Positions 49,571 to 62,434 of a stretch of 64,000 nucleotides of DNA are shown piece by piece. The translations under genes and the position numbers were made by a program. Under the pieces are notes generated by a model. That model saw only the letters and a list, made by a program, of their open reading frames with translations. It had not been told where the DNA came from and ran no database searches. Numbering within the stretch: the first letter of the stretch is position 1; every line of letters starts with the position of its first letter. The stretch is from assembly GCF_006345805.1 (NCBI RefSeq), contig NC_043006.1, positions 86,056,001-86,120,000 on the forward strand, written 5' to 3'. The stretch comes from Octopus sinensis. Taxonomy: Eukaryota.

Positions 49571-50011
49571 AATGTTTATACAGTTTTCATAAGAAATGGT
49601 AACTGCAGCAAATGTTTTTAATCTCATTTAACAAAAAGGCATTGAGCCTGGCAGAATTGTTAGTGCTCTGAAAAAATGCTTCGCAGTATTTCTTTCAGCT
49701 CTTTATATTCTGAGTTTAAATACCACTGAGATCAACTTTGCCTTTCATCCTTTTGGGTTTGATAAAATAAAGTATCAGTCAAGTTACTAGGGTTGATGCA
49801 ATTGACCAACACCAATCCCTTAAAATTGCTGGCCTTGTGCCAAAACTCGAAACATTATTTAACAAAATTCAACTTCTGTAAATGTTCTAGAATACTTGGC
49901 TTCATGAAATATGGTTTTGTATTAGAGTAAAAAAAAGCAAGAAGATAACGGGTATAAAACCCTGATTCCAAAAGGTAACAAACTGAACAAAGAAATATCA
50001 CCTGGCCTTAC

Positions 50012-50095
50012 CTTTTCAAGAGTGCTGAGACAAAGAAATGGATCATCACTATATGTCAGTAAGGTTTTTGAATCTCTATAACGAAGAATTGGTTC
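50012..50095 (-). CDS. PTPDC1: PTPDC1-like exon
   Basis: AG and GTaagg, phase 0/0. EPILRYRDSKTLLTYSDDPFLCLSTLEK is similar to PTPDC1 EPVITKEDVDML...LFLLEK. Confidence 0.82.
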
Positions 50096-51696
50096 CTTAA
50101 AAAAAGACAAGATTGAAAACAAAATTTTCAAAAGTCCCAATATATGTTAGTTTGTATAATTTTAAAAGAATCTTATCTACTGTGGTCTAAGAAATAAATT
50201 TTAAATTATTACCTTATGCTTTGTAAGACTAAGTATGTGAAGAAATTAAATAACAATAATAAAAGAATGGATTATATCATAGGACAGGTGATATTTTTAT
50301 ATTCTTTTAAAAAACTCTATGATACTAAAACCTTTTAAAACTATTATAACTATTGCAACCTACTCACAACATGTCATCTCTCTCTCATCCTTCTCCTGTC
50401 TACTGTATCACCATTACTGTTCTGCTGCTCCACACTCAGTCAGCTCCTAATCCCCACTACTTCTTCTAACTCCTGTGTCAGTCATCTACCATTCATAACA
50501 TTTTGCCCTTCAACCTTAAGCATTTTTTACAGTGGTTGCCTATCTCCTCTCCTCTCATTCCCCCCTCTCATACTTCTCTCATACTCTCTTGGAACCTCCA
50601 TCCATTCACATTCTTAGTCCCTCTCTCCCACTCTTACTCACTTTGTACTTTAGAGGTCCACCTTGACATCATCACTATTTTCATCTCTTCTCAGCTTCAC
50701 CTGGTCGTTCCTACCCTCTCATTTAAAATGTGAGAAGTCATGTGGTTCCTCTACAGCAAGAAACATGTTCTGCTCTGGCTCATACTTTTACCCCTCTTCT
50801 CCTAATGTAAAGCTGCCCCTTCATAGTTCAAAGTCTTGTAAGCAGTATGATAACCTCATTTGTGCTGGTGGCATGAAAAAAAAAAAGCACCCAGTACATA
50901 CTGTAAAGTGGTTGGTATTAGGAAGGGCATTCTGCCATGGAAACCATGCCAAAGTAAACACTAGAGCATGATACATTCCTGGATCAAACTGTCCAATCCA
51001 TGCCAGCATGGAACAAGGATGTTAAATGATGTTGATGATATATGTAGACTATATAAGATAATTATGGTAGACATATATTATTGCAAGACTTAAATGAATC
51101 TAACTAACAGATATTGAATATTTGCAGCATAGTAAAAGTAAAAATGTTAAGTTTATAATCCATTCAATATCTCTTCATGAAAACCATGAGCATTCGCATA
51201 ATTATCTATGCAAATCTACAATAAAACTGTGGATGTAAAACAATTAATTACATTAGCATAGAATATTATAGAAAGAAAACAGGATATTATGAGTGTTATA
51301 CTTTTGCAAAAGGCATGTAAAAAAACAAATGCAAAAAAAAACCCCCCAAAAAAACAGGAATATATTAAAATATATTAAAATATCACAAGCAGTAACAATT
51401 TAAACAGAACAAGATCTCATGTCTTGTATAAGTAATTACTAATTACATGAAACCGTGCCCCAGTATGACTGGAATGCACAATGATTTGAACCAAGAAGAG
51501 AGTTTAAAATAAGAACAAAACAGCTCTTTAGTTACTAGAGGATTAGCCATATCAGTTTACATTATTTCATTACTGCAGCTGGGCTGTAATTACCCCACAG
51601 GCTTTACAGTCAACTGAAATTGTTTGTAAGAATTCCAAAATATTTATTTAGATAATATTACTGGTAGTGCTTCTGCATATATACATATGCACACAC

Positions 51697-51894
51697 TTTA
51701 TTTGTGGATTAACAAGGCAACCAATGGTTTCATATGGAAGAGAACTCCACAATTATTCAAGCAAATCATTCAGGAATGTTGGTATTTGTCTCCATTTTAG
51801 ACCGAAGACTAACATTCTCAAGTGGTTTGCTTGAATAATTGTGGAGATCTCTTCCACATGAAACCATTGGTTGCCTTGTTAATCCACGAATAAA
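51697..51894. repeat. about 197-bp imperfect palindrome
   Basis: gtggattaacaaggcaaccaatggtttcat...ctccacaattattcaagcaaa pairs with its reverse complement around gtctccattttagac. Confidence 0.9.
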
Positions 51895-52284
51895 GAATAT
51901 TTATCCACTAATGCAGTGTTGGGGACTAATTCTCACTGTTGTGTGTGTGTGTATATATATATATATATAAATCATAAAAATCCTGATAGGTTATATCTAA
52001 ACCATCGCTGAAACCGTCATATGAGAAACAAGTCTAGTGTTCTGCAAGAACTTCTGATATCGATTGGGCATTAAGTTTATTAACAACATATCTTCAAATG
52101 ATAAAAAAAAAACCAAAACAATGAATCTAATTTTTTTGCTTTAAAACTGAACAATTTTAAACATGGATGAAACAAAGATGATATCTGTCTGCTCTAGAAA
52201 CACTTATGATACTCAAAACCAGTGGAAATTCAATCAGATCATATATATTTATATAAGCATGTATGTAAACAAAATAAGGCAAAC

Positions 52285-52386
52285 CTGTAGCCTGTTTAAC
52301 CATTCCCACATAAGCGCAGCCAGTACTTCTGGGTTTGATTCTGTGAGGATCAATTTCCATCCATTGTCGCTGTTGTTTAGTTCTTG
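52285..52386 (-). CDS. PTPDC1: PTPDC1-like exon (not in the ORF track)
   Basis: ttccAG and GTttgc, 102 nt, phase 0/0. QELNNSDNGWKLILTESNPEVLAALMWEWLNRLQ is similar to PTPDC1 KELNSRDGAWERICGERDPFILCSLMWSWVEQLK. Confidence 0.85.
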
Positions 52387-52971
52387 CTGGAATTATAATC
52401 GTACACAATTTGTATGACATAACACATGTTTCAAAAAAAAACCTGAAGATTAATTTATGTAGTAGTTGTAGTAGTCCATAAAGATTTCTACTTAATAAAG
52501 TAGTTCTATAGCAATTACTTAGAAGCAAATGAAAGGAGGCATTGAATAGCTTAAAAGTTTAACACATTTTGCATAATGATCAACATATGAAGTTTTGGAA
52601 GGTGATTTCAAGCAATGATATTAATTGTTTTACATAACTGTGTTGGTTAACTCACCTACCATATTTGTAGACTTACTCAACAGAGCACTTATCTAAAGAT
52701 TTTATACAATAAAAGAAATGTGCTCTTTTGGATTGAACACTAGCAATCTTTAATAAGAATTAACTTTTCAACTTAAGCTTATTTTTAAGATTATATTTAT
52801 CAGGATTGTACATTTTCTGGTGGCAAGTTGTTGAGTGTGTTTTATATATATATCAATTAGGGTACTGAAATACCAGTTTGCCAGAAATAGGAGTCAACAC
52901 TCCAAAGCCACAAATTTCTCACTATTAAGAAACATGCATGAAACTTACTGGCCACTTTATTATTATTGTTG

Positions 52972-53124
52972 GCAGTGTGGTAAGAAGCTTGCTTCCCAAC
53001 CACATGGTTCCAGGTTCAGTCCCATTGCATGGCACCTTGGGCAAGTGTTTTCTACTATAGCCTCAGGCTGACAAGAGCCTTGTGTGTGGGATTTGGTAGA
53101 CAGAGACTGAAAGAAGCTTGTCAT

Positions 53125-53164
<40 letters not shown>

Positions 53165-53350
53165 TTGTGTGCTTGTGTTTGTCCCCTTGCTGTCCAACGC
53201 TGGTGTGTTTATGTCCCTATAACTTAGCGGTTCAACAAAAGTGACTGATAGAGTAAGTACTAGGCTTACAAAGAATAAGTCCTGGGGTCAATTTCTTTGA
53301 CTAACACCCTTTAAGATGTTGCTCACGTATGACTGCAGTCAAACAAAAGA

Positions 53351-53352
<2 letters not shown>
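52972..53352 (+). mobile_element. tRNA-derived SINE
   Basis: Same family as 42131. Confidence 0.85.
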
Positions 53353-53391
<39 letters not shown>

Positions 53392-53559
53392 CACACACAT
53401 ACAGCATCTGGTGACTGGCTATGTATAATATATACATGGTATCTGCTGGCTGGCTGTATATAATATCAAGTAGCTGAGTTGTCATCATCATCATTTAATG
53501 TCAATTTTCCATATTGGCATGTGTGTGTGTGTGCGTGTATACATATATTACAACAAGAA

Positions 53560-55032
53560 TTTAAATTTTGGACATAAAGTTACCAAAGGTTTTGTATCCA
53601 TAAAGTCAAAGCCTTGTAGATAGCTTGTCAGACTCTATACAAAGACGAAACGGTCAGAAATCAAGAAGTCTTAACATAAAAACGTTAATGAGGACGGGTT
53701 GTCTCCCCTGAACCAGAGGATAAAACAACCCTTACAGACCCGAAAAAGCTAACCAGCAAATGGGGAGATCCAATTTTCCAGTAGGTAGCGATTAAGGTGG
53801 ACACATTTAGAAAAAAACTTCTTTATGACTATTTAATGCTTCAGTTTTAATATAGTCCTTAAGAATTTTCACTCTCTCTGTGATGCAGATTTTGTAACAG
53901 CCACTCCCATTAATATATGGGCCTGGATGATCTATTATTTTCCACCTGATATCACATGGGGTCCCTTGATCTTTGAGGTTCCACACACGGCAGGCCAGGA
54001 ATGTGACAAACCGTCGTCTTCCTGGGACTCTAAAGTATGACTGGTGGTTGTGGAAGGGATGCTTGAGAGATGTACTGGCTGATCCAATATATTTACAAAC
54101 TTGGGATGTGGCTATAATCACATTCCGGGTATATCTCTGATAGGCTCTGGGGATGCTGTTGGTAACACCATTGCAGATGCAACCGATACGGCACAATGAT
54201 CTGCTGGTGTTATCACCATGGTTATCATTACTGGTCAGATGACTGGTGATGTAGCTGCTGGTGTTAGTGTGGGTATGGCTGGTCATCCCATTGGTGTTGA
54301 TAATTGTTTGGTCATCATCTGGGAACGCCGGATACCTCCTCTGTGTCACTGGTCCTGGATTGGTCATCATCTGGGAACGCCGGATACCTCCTCTGTGTCA
54401 CTGGTCCTGGATTGGTCATCATCTGGGAACGCCGGATACCTCCTCTGTGTCACTGGTCCTGGATTGGTCATCATCTCTAGGTGTGGAAATTGTACAGGTG
54501 GTAACATATAGTGTGGGGCTGGTCACTCTGTGTCTATGACAATGGTTTGTTCATCATCTGTAGCAGTGGTACTGGGGTCGTTGGTTATGTCTTCTGTGAT
54601 GCTGGTCCTGGATTGGTCATCATCTCTGGCTGTGGTAATTGAGATCTGGTTAATTTGCTATTACTGTTGGATGGTACATTACTGGTAATGCAGATAGCAG
54701 GTCCAGGTGTCATGTAGTTTCATAGATGACTCCTTCAGTCTCTTACTGGACAGTTATTATATACCTTGCAAGAACACCCTGCCTTGTATTGTGGGTACTT
54801 GTTAAAATGTTTTTTATGTTAGGTGAACAACTAAAAGAGACTTTTAGGTTGTACCATCCAACAACAATATTAACAGATTAACCAGATCTCACGCCAGTAC
54901 AATTGCCACAGCCAAAGATGATGACCAATCTGGGACCAGGATCACAGAGGACGTAGCCGGCAACCCCAGCATTACCACCACCACAGATGATGAACAAACT
55001 ATTGACCAGCCCTGCACCTTATGTTACTACCA
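53560..55032 (-). mobile_element. Penelope-like 3' fragment (GIY-YIG endonuclease) with tandem-repeat linker and 5' inversion
   Basis: KYIGSAST.K..F.NH, VWNLKD...IRWKII, C.IC.TE and LNSHKE motifs; upstream LKVSFSCSPNIKNIL. About 54880-55030 is an inverted copy of about 54505-54652. Confidence 0.75.
54308..54476. repeat. 52-bp tandem repeat, three perfect copies plus degenerate copies
   Basis: gtcatcatctgggaacgccggatacctcctctgtgtcactggtcctggattg at 54311, 54363 and 54415. Confidence 0.95.
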
Positions 55033-55899
55033 GTACTGAGTTCAAATTCCACCCAGGTTGACTTTGCTTTTCCCCCTTTCGGGGTTGATGTAACTGACTT
55101 ACCCACTCCCAGAAATTGCTGACCTTGTGCCAAAATTTGAAACCAACGTTTCATGTAATGAGTTCAAATTAGCATTAAGCATACTGTAAATATATTCATT
55201 CATTTAAAATGTAACCACCACCATTAGCAATAACATTTTCTCATCTTGAAACCAGTTTTTATTCTTCTTTGGGATAGGAGGAAAAACATGAGTTTCTTTA
55301 GAAGGAAAAAAATGTCTGGAGTGCCATTTGACATTGTCCTTGTTTTTGGATGTTTTTTCCACAAAGTATTCAAGTGAGTAGGGATGATGAGGTAGAGCTT
55401 CCCAACCTAAGGAATTTATCTTTTCTAAGGTTAGCCTTGCTGAAAGTGACCTTTATTCTAAAGGGCAGCTCATGAGGTCCCCACTTTCTCTATACACTTT
55501 CCCAATTGGCTTGAAATGATCTCATACTGTGACCCAAGGTTTATTAACCCTCTAAGATAAGTCCTCGATACTTTGACATGGATCCTTTTGTGATATGATG
55601 TCAGACTGTTTACTTGAAAATACATTACTTTTCAGTACCCCTAATATGTATATATACACACTCATGTATACATATAGCACAATGGGTGTGCAGTTTAAGT
55701 GCTGAACTGTTGTTGACTTAGTCATAAGCCGAGATGTTACCACTGACATAGTTTTGTGCAAAGCAACTGAGGCCCAGTAGCTAGCAGTGGGGGGAAGAAC
55801 ATATACCAGCATGAACACCTAACTTAAGAAGGCAAGAAAATGAAAACAGGCAAAAATATGATGAACAACAGCAAAAGGAAATTATGCAAAAGAAAATAC

Positions 55900-56469
55900 C
55901 TTTAGAGCATCTTTTTGTAAGATGACTTCCTCTGAGAAGGTTGTGCAACACAAAGCATTTGCAATTCTAAGTTTGAGATTCTTGTCACCTTGAGGGAATG
56001 CATGGAGATGGCTACCCTTCGGCAGATTATTCTTTGTATTACTGGTAATGCTTTTAGAAGTTTCAGCAGTTGGAAAAAAACCAGACACAGGGAAATTTCC
56101 ACCTGCTATGGCACCGGAGTCTTTCATCAGATTACTATCACTGCAATGCATCTCAGAATTAGCGCTTCCGTCTGACTGGTAGATAGCATGATATTCCATT
56201 GCATCCATGGCATCATTGTCACAGTTAGTGCAAGCGGAAAGCTGTGATGTATTGGAATATAAGACATGAGGTCTGTCATTTTTGAAAACATCATCTTTAT
56301 CAACACTTGAAGTTGAACCTCTATATGGAATGTCTCCTATTTCCTCTTCAGAAGTAGCATGGGCGGAAAAACTATCAGGAATGGCGATAGTTTTATTCAT
56401 TATAGACAATGCTGAAGTGCTGCCACAATGTGCAAGTTCTAAAAGGCGCTCACATACATAATAAATAAT
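55900..56469 (-). CDS. PTPDC1: PTPDC1-like large exon
   Basis: cacAG and GTattt, 570 nt, phase 0/0. Starts IIYYVCERLLELA, similar to PTPDC1 IIHLVCKLLLDLA, then a low-complexity linker. No phosphatase-domain exon was found in the window. Confidence 0.82.
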
Positions 56470-56706
56470 CTGTGAAGAAAAAGACATTAAAATTGTTAAA
56501 ACAGAAATTAAGGTTTGTTTTCTCTCAACATAGGCAAAAAAAAAAAAAGAATATATTCTATTCTTTTACCGATTAGAATTATTGGACTGTGGTCATACAG
56601 GAGAACTGCTTGCAAGGGGTTTTTTAATTGATTACATTAACTTGAGTATATTTTTTATTGATCTCTATTGAATGACAAAAATCACCTTTTTGAGATAAAA
56701 GGTGTC

Positions 56707-57319
56707 GGATCTTTTCCTTTTGAACGGCAGACAATTTCTAGTTAACTAAACACTTTTAAACTTCGTATACTGGTAGAATGTGTCAAAATAAAACATTTTT
56801 TTCTCTTGGCTTTCTTGAGAAAATTGTAATTTGTTTGTTTAACGTAGTTTAATTTTTCGAATTTTAACCAATCCTATGCTCTCTTTTGAGATAAGATCAT
56901 TTGTTGCATCTAAAACTGAGACAACATCCTGTCACTAACCCTAAACCTCCCCCCTAACCCTAAATTATTTTTTATCTTAATTGTTATGCGTGTATAAAAA
57001 AAACTAAAGCAATGGAATTAAATTAATTTAACAATTAAGAAAAAAAAAATTAGGGTTAGTGGGGAGGTTTAGGGTTAGTTACAGGATGTCTCAGTTTTAG
57101 ACGCAGCAAATGATTTTAGTTGAATGGAGGTAATCGATTGGTTAAAATTGCCGAAATGCTTGGATTTTCAGATGAAATATCTTACAAACTATAGAATTTT
57201 CTCAATAAAACCAAGAGAAAATGATATTTTATAAACACATTCTACCAGTATACGAAGTTTAAAAGTGTTTAGTTAACTAGAAATTGTGTTGACATCTGCC
57301 GTTTAAAAGGAAAAGATCC
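56707..57319. mobile_element. 613-bp foldback MITE with 8-bp TSD (Merlin- or hAT-type)
   Basis: Termini GGATCTTTTCCTTTTGAACGGCAG / CTGCCGTTTAAAAGGAAAAGATCC; TSD aaggtgtc at 56699-56706 and 57320-57327; arms pair almost to the centre. Confidence 0.9.
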
Positions 57320-57333
57320 AAGGTGTCTTCATA

Positions 57334-57380
57334 GATGCTATTCTGATGAGGTCTAATAGACTGAAGCATGTCCAACATTG
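57334..57380 (+). ncRNA. degenerate minimal hammerhead motif
   Basis: CUGAUGA-GGUCU-aau-AGACU-GAAGC-AU-GUC. GAAAC is mutated to GAAGC and stem I is weak. Confidence 0.45.
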
Positions 57381-58559
57381 TCCCTTCTATGTAAACAAAG
57401 ATCAGACTACTTTCTTTTTCTTTTTAACCGGGAAAGAAATTTCAATGAAGAATTTTTTGTATACAACATTCAGAACATCACTGTTTAATGTAATTATCTC
57501 AATGGATGCCATTGACACATCTTAGTTTTAAAGACACACACATACATACACCAATGCCTTGTGAGTGAACCTGGTTAGATGGAAACAGTAGAAAATCTGG
57601 GGGTTGGGTATCTGGGTGAGGATAGTTGATTTAATTGATCTAATACTTACGACAGTCACAGCTGGCCTAAGCAGGGCTACCTTTCATCTTAGAAAGCATA
57701 GGCATGCTCAGACTTCGCTGGTGCTGGTGCCATGTGAAAAGTACCCAGTCCACTCGGTGAAGTGTTTCACATTAGGAAGACCATTAAGCCATAAAAACCA
57801 TGCCAAAACAGACCTTGCTGGGATTGGTACCATGCAAGAAGCAGCCAGTCCCTTTTGTAAAGTGGTTAGCATGAAGAAGGGCACCCAGTTGTAATAACCA
57901 TGCCAACAGACAGTGGAGCTTGGTTTGCCAGCTCCTGTCAGTCTGTCCAACCCAAGCCAGCATGGAAGATGAATGCTAAATGATGATGATGATATATATA
58001 TACTTGCTTCCTATAATGTTGGATAGCCCTTTAACATAACCCAACTTATTTTTAACTCTAGCCTTCCCCTTTTCTCAATAATCCCTACCATGCTATTCTT
58101 CCCCATCCTCTTACCATCCCTCATCTTTCTGCTAAGAATCATCACCCTCACTTCTATTCTTCCTTAGTTAAAGGAGCTCCTTTAGGTCCTCAACCTGGCA
58201 AGTTATGAGGATATAATCACTAGTGGTGGTGCCATGAAAAAAGCACTTATATACATTCAGTAAAGTGGTTGGTATTTCTAAGTAAGGTAATATTACCCAA
58301 TGACTATTCATGTTTTCAGGAGGACTGGAAACAAATGACACTGCTTGTATGACAGTGGCACTTGTTTACAACTATCATGGGATGTCAAGAAAGAAATGTG
58401 CATGTAAAGCTTCATTCAGTTTCTCTCTATCAAATCCATTTATAAGGCTCTGGTTTGTGTGGGATTTTAGTAGAAGACACCTGCACAAGAAAGGTGCTAC
58501 ACAGTGGAAGTGAACCAGATATATCAGGCCGAGTGAAAAGTAAGCAACGTTTTGAAACA

Positions 58560-58995
58560 CGAAATTCATCACAGTATATTTAAACAATGCGGAAATTTTA
58601 TTCATCAAAGTAAGTACCATTACAATCAACACATTTTTGCCGAGTTACAGGTTTGTTTATTAAAAATCTGGAGGTGATGAACTCTTTGAATGCATTTTCA
58701 GCATTGGTTTAATTTTTGAACTCCTTCTCTTGCAGGAAACCATCAATGTAGTTGAAAAAGTGGTGGTCAGTAGGATGAAGGTCTGGGGAATAAGTTTGGA
58801 GGGGAAGAACTTCATAGCCAAGTTCCCTCAACTTCTGGAGCGTCATTAGTGAAATGTGTGGTCAAGCATTGTCAGGAAGAATGATTGGTCCTCTTCTGTT
58901 GACCAGTCTTGGATGGAGGAATTGCAGTTTCTCATTCATTTTGGCAATTTCATGGTAATATGTTTCTGCAGTAATAGTTTTTTGAGGTTTTAAGA
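58560..58995 (-). mobile_element. mariner (DD34D) transposase 3' remnant
   Basis: Minus strand gives GPIILPDNA*PH...LQKLRELGYEVLP..YSPDLHPTDHHFF. Confidence 0.8.
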
Positions 58996-59530
58996 AGTTA
59001 CTAGACTACCTGTTTTGTTTTCTGGGTTTCTTTTTTTCTTTTCCATGTTATTTTTCATGCTTTCAACGAATGTGACATCAAAATCATGCATAAATGGCTC
59101 CTTTCCCCAGAAAAGGAAAGGTTTTGCTGCTATTTGTTGCATGTCCTGCTACCACATAATATATATTTCAGGGCCTTTATCGCAAATAGCTGTTACATGG
59201 TAGTAGAGCATGCTAGAAATAGCAGCCAAATCTTTGGAGCTGAGATATGTTGAATACACTCAAAAAAATTTTTGTAATGGTATTCCCTTGGGGCGATCTT
59301 TCACTTTGACTCTCAGAACTGTCATCTGGATCAGTTGCTTTTGTTCATTAATTTCCGTAAAAATGTTCAATTTATTGTGTATATGAAATGGACGTGTGTG
59401 TGTGTATGTGTGAGAGAGAGAAAGAGAGTGCCACTTACACATACATGAGAACACACACATTCACTCACTCACTCTCTCTTACACACACATGCACACGTAC
59501 ATACAAAAAGAATGTACGCATATGTATTGA

Positions 59531-61400
59531 TCATCATCATCATCATCATCATTTAACGTCCGCTTTCCATGCTAGCATGGGTTGGACGGTTCAACTGGGG
59601 TCTGGGGAGCCCGAAGGCTGCACCAGGCCAGTCAGATCTGGCAGTGTTTCTACAGCTGGATGCCCTTCCTAACGCCAACCACTCCGAGAGTGTAGTGGGT
59701 GATTTTATGTGCCACCGACACAGGTGCCAGACGAGGCTGGCGAACGGCCACGCTCGGATGGTGTTTTTATGTGCCACCGACACAGGTGCCAGACGAAGCT
59801 GGCGAACGGCCACGCTCGGATGGTGTTTTTATGTGCCACCGACACAGGTGCCAGACAAGGCTAGCAGACGACCACGCTCGGATGGTGTTTTTATGTGCCA
59901 CCGACACAGGTGCCAGACGAGACTGGCGAACGGCCACGCTCGGATGGTGTTTTTATGTGCCACCGACACAGGTGCCAGACGAAGCTGGCGAACGGCCACG
60001 CTCGGATGGTGTTTTTATGTGCCACCGACACAGGTGCCAGACAAGGCTAGCAGACGGCCACGCTCGGATGGTGTTTTTATGTGCCACCGACACAGGTGCC
60101 AGACGAGGCTGGCGAACGGCCACGCTCGGATGGTGTTTTTATGTGCCACCGACACGGGTGCCAGACAAGGCTAGCAGACGACCACGCTCGGATGGTGTTT
60201 TTATGTGCCACCGACACAGGTGCCACACGAGGCTGGCAAACGGCCACGCTCGGATGGTGTTTTTATGTGCCACCGACACAGGTGCCAGACGAAGCTGGCG
60301 AACGGCCACGCTCGGATGGTGTTTTTATGTGCCACCGACACAGGTGCCAGACAAGGCTAGCAGACGACCACGCTCGGATGGTGCTTTTATGTGCCACCGA
60401 CACAGGTGCCAGACGAGACTGGCGAACGGCCACGCTCGGATGGTGTTTTTATGTGCCACCGACACAGGTGCCAGACAAGGCTAGCAGACGACCACGCTCG
60501 GATGGTGCTTTTATGTGCCACCGACACAGGTGCCAGACGAGGCTGGCGAACGGCCACGCTCGGATGGTGTTTTTATGTGCCACCGACACAGGTGCCAGAC
60601 AAGGCTAGCAGACGGCCACGCTCGGATGGTGTTTTTATGTGCCACCGACACAGGTGCCAGACGAGGCTGGCGAACGGCCACGCTCGGATGGTGTTTTTAT
60701 GTGCCACCACCGACACAGGTGCCAGACAAGGCTAGCAGACGACCACGCTCGGATGGTGTTTTTATGTGCCACCGACACAGGTGCCACACGAGGCTGGCAA
60801 ACGGCCACGCTCGGATGGTGTTTTTATGTGCCACCGACACAGGTGCCAGACGAAGCTGGCGAACGGCCACGCTCGGATGGTGTTTTTATGTGCCACCGAC
60901 ACAGGTGCCAGACAAGGCTAGCAGACGACCACGCTCGGATGGTACTTTTATGTGCCACCGACACAGGTGCCAGACGAGACTGGCGAACGGCCACGCTCGG
61001 ATGGTGTTTTTATGTGCCACCGACACAGGTGCCAGACAAGGCTAGCAGACGACCACGCTCGGATGGTGCTTTTATGTGCCACCGACACAGGTGCCAGACG
61101 AGGCTGGCGAACGGCCACGCTCGGATGGTGTTTTTATGTGCCACCGACACAGGAGCCTGATTAGGCTGGCGATCGGCCACGACTGGATGGTGATTGTTAC
61201 GTGCCCACAGCATGGAGGCCAGTCGGTGCGGTACTGGCTACGGCCACGTTCGGATGGTTTTCTTGTGTGCCACCGGCACTGGTACCACAAGGATACAAAT
61301 TCCATTGATGTTCATCTATTTTGATTTTGTTTGATTTTCACTTGCCTCAACAGGTCTTCACAAGTGTCACAAGAAGGAAGGTATGCACAGGTGGACCGAC
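59531..61400 (-). mobile_element. RTE 3'UTR-only copy containing an expanded tandem array
   Basis: (CAT)n tail and 3'UTR as in 35750-35915; cacttgcctcaacaggtctt motif near 61340. Confidence 0.88.
59699..61152. repeat. 62-bp tandem array, about 23.5 units, with a 9-unit higher-order duplication
   Basis: Unit ttttatgtgccaccgacacaggtgccagac[variable]ccacgctcggatggtgt. Confidence 0.97.
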
Positions 61401-61750
61401 TACGTCCCAGGTAGGGGTCACGGGTTATGGCCTATGTACATATACATGACAACACACCCATTCACTCACTCTCTCTCTTTCACACACACATCCATTTCAT
61501 GTACATGTACGTACATCTTTTACTTTCTCCTCTCTTTCACTTTAAAATAAAAGTAAATAAATAAAATTTTTTTACAGAAATTAACAAACTCCAGATGACA
61601 AACAAAAGATTGCCATTCATTTGAAAATAATTAGAAAAACATTAAAATATTGACTGTTTAAAGAAAGCTAAAATATAAATACTCACAGTACAAACAACTT
61701 GCATTTTTGAAATCAATTAAAAACATTTCTAGAATAGCTTAAAAGCTGAC

Positions 61751-62107
61751 CTATCGAAGAGCCTTTAGACTGGCTCCTCATTGGAAGCTCTCCTGGTTTC
61801 TGATTGCTCTACTGATTCTGAATGCCTTACTCTTCTCATGTTGGCTACATTGGATGCTCTCCTAGATTCAGTTTATTCAGGTGTTTCTAACGCCCTTTTT
61901 CTCCTATTGGCAAGAGCATTTGATGCTCTCCTTGTTCAGGAGTTTGAGAGTCCCCAAGCATTTGCATATTCTCAGCATTGAAAGCTATCCTGGCTGCCGT
62001 TTGATCCGGGTTTTCACTTGCATGGGACTTTCTCTTCTTTGCTGCAGCCTTGGCTCTTTTGATTGCAATCTGGTCCTCTGTTGACAGAGATTTATTTTTA
62101 CGAGATA
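61751..62107 (-). pseudogene. decayed STPR-like (ETPEQ...RR) repeat ORF, probably a Helitron Rep/Hel N-terminus
   Basis: KKRKSHASENPDQTAAR / SQTPEQ / RRKRALETPE*TESRRASN / SESVEQSETRRASN: periodic units with a frameshift and stops. Confidence 0.5.
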
Positions 62108-62121
62108 TATACTGTTGCCAT

Positions 62122-62434
62122 CAATGGCCCAGTGCTTAGGGCAGTGGACTTGTGGTCGGAGGATTGCGGTTTCGATTCCCAGACCGGGCGTTGTGTGTGT
62201 TTATTGAGCGAAAACACCTAAAAGCTCCACGAGGCTCTGGCAGGGGGTGGTGGCGACCCTGTTGTACTGTTTCGCCACAACTTTCTCTCACTCTCTCTTT
62301 CTGTTTCTTGAGTAACGCTGCGATGGACTGGCATCCCGTCCAGTTGGGAGGGGGGGGGACACATATGCCACAGAAACTGGGAAACTGGGCCCATGATCCT
62401 GGCTAGGCTTGAAAAGGGCAATGTTTATCATTTT
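62122..62434 (+). mobile_element. tRNA-derived SINE with 14-bp TSD
   Basis: tatactgttgccat at 62108-62121 and 62435-62448; B box ggtttcgattcc; gcgatggactggcatcccgtccag module. Confidence 0.9.

Noticed and set aside
52157-52528. 123-aa ORF as the PTPDC1 exon
   Set aside because: Wrong frame and phase. The homologous phase 0/0 exon is 52386..52285 in another frame.
55200-55406. Minus-strand open stretch after a ttAG
   Set aside because: Not needed for the phase-consistent PTPDC1 model, no recognisable homology and a poor donor.
59699-61152. CRISPR-like array (constant repeat with variable segment)
   Set aside because: The variable segments are point variants of one sequence and recur in order. 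The unit derives from the RTE 3'UTR, there are no cas genes, and the context is eukaryotic.
59569-61324. Long overlapping ORFs
   Set aside because: By-products of the 62-bp repeat cycling through frames.
61687-61728. Possible minus-strand micro-exon of PTPDC1
   Set aside because: Splice signals are present, but there is no similarity to the expected upstream PTPDC1 sequence and the only open frame ends in phase 1, which does not fit 56469.
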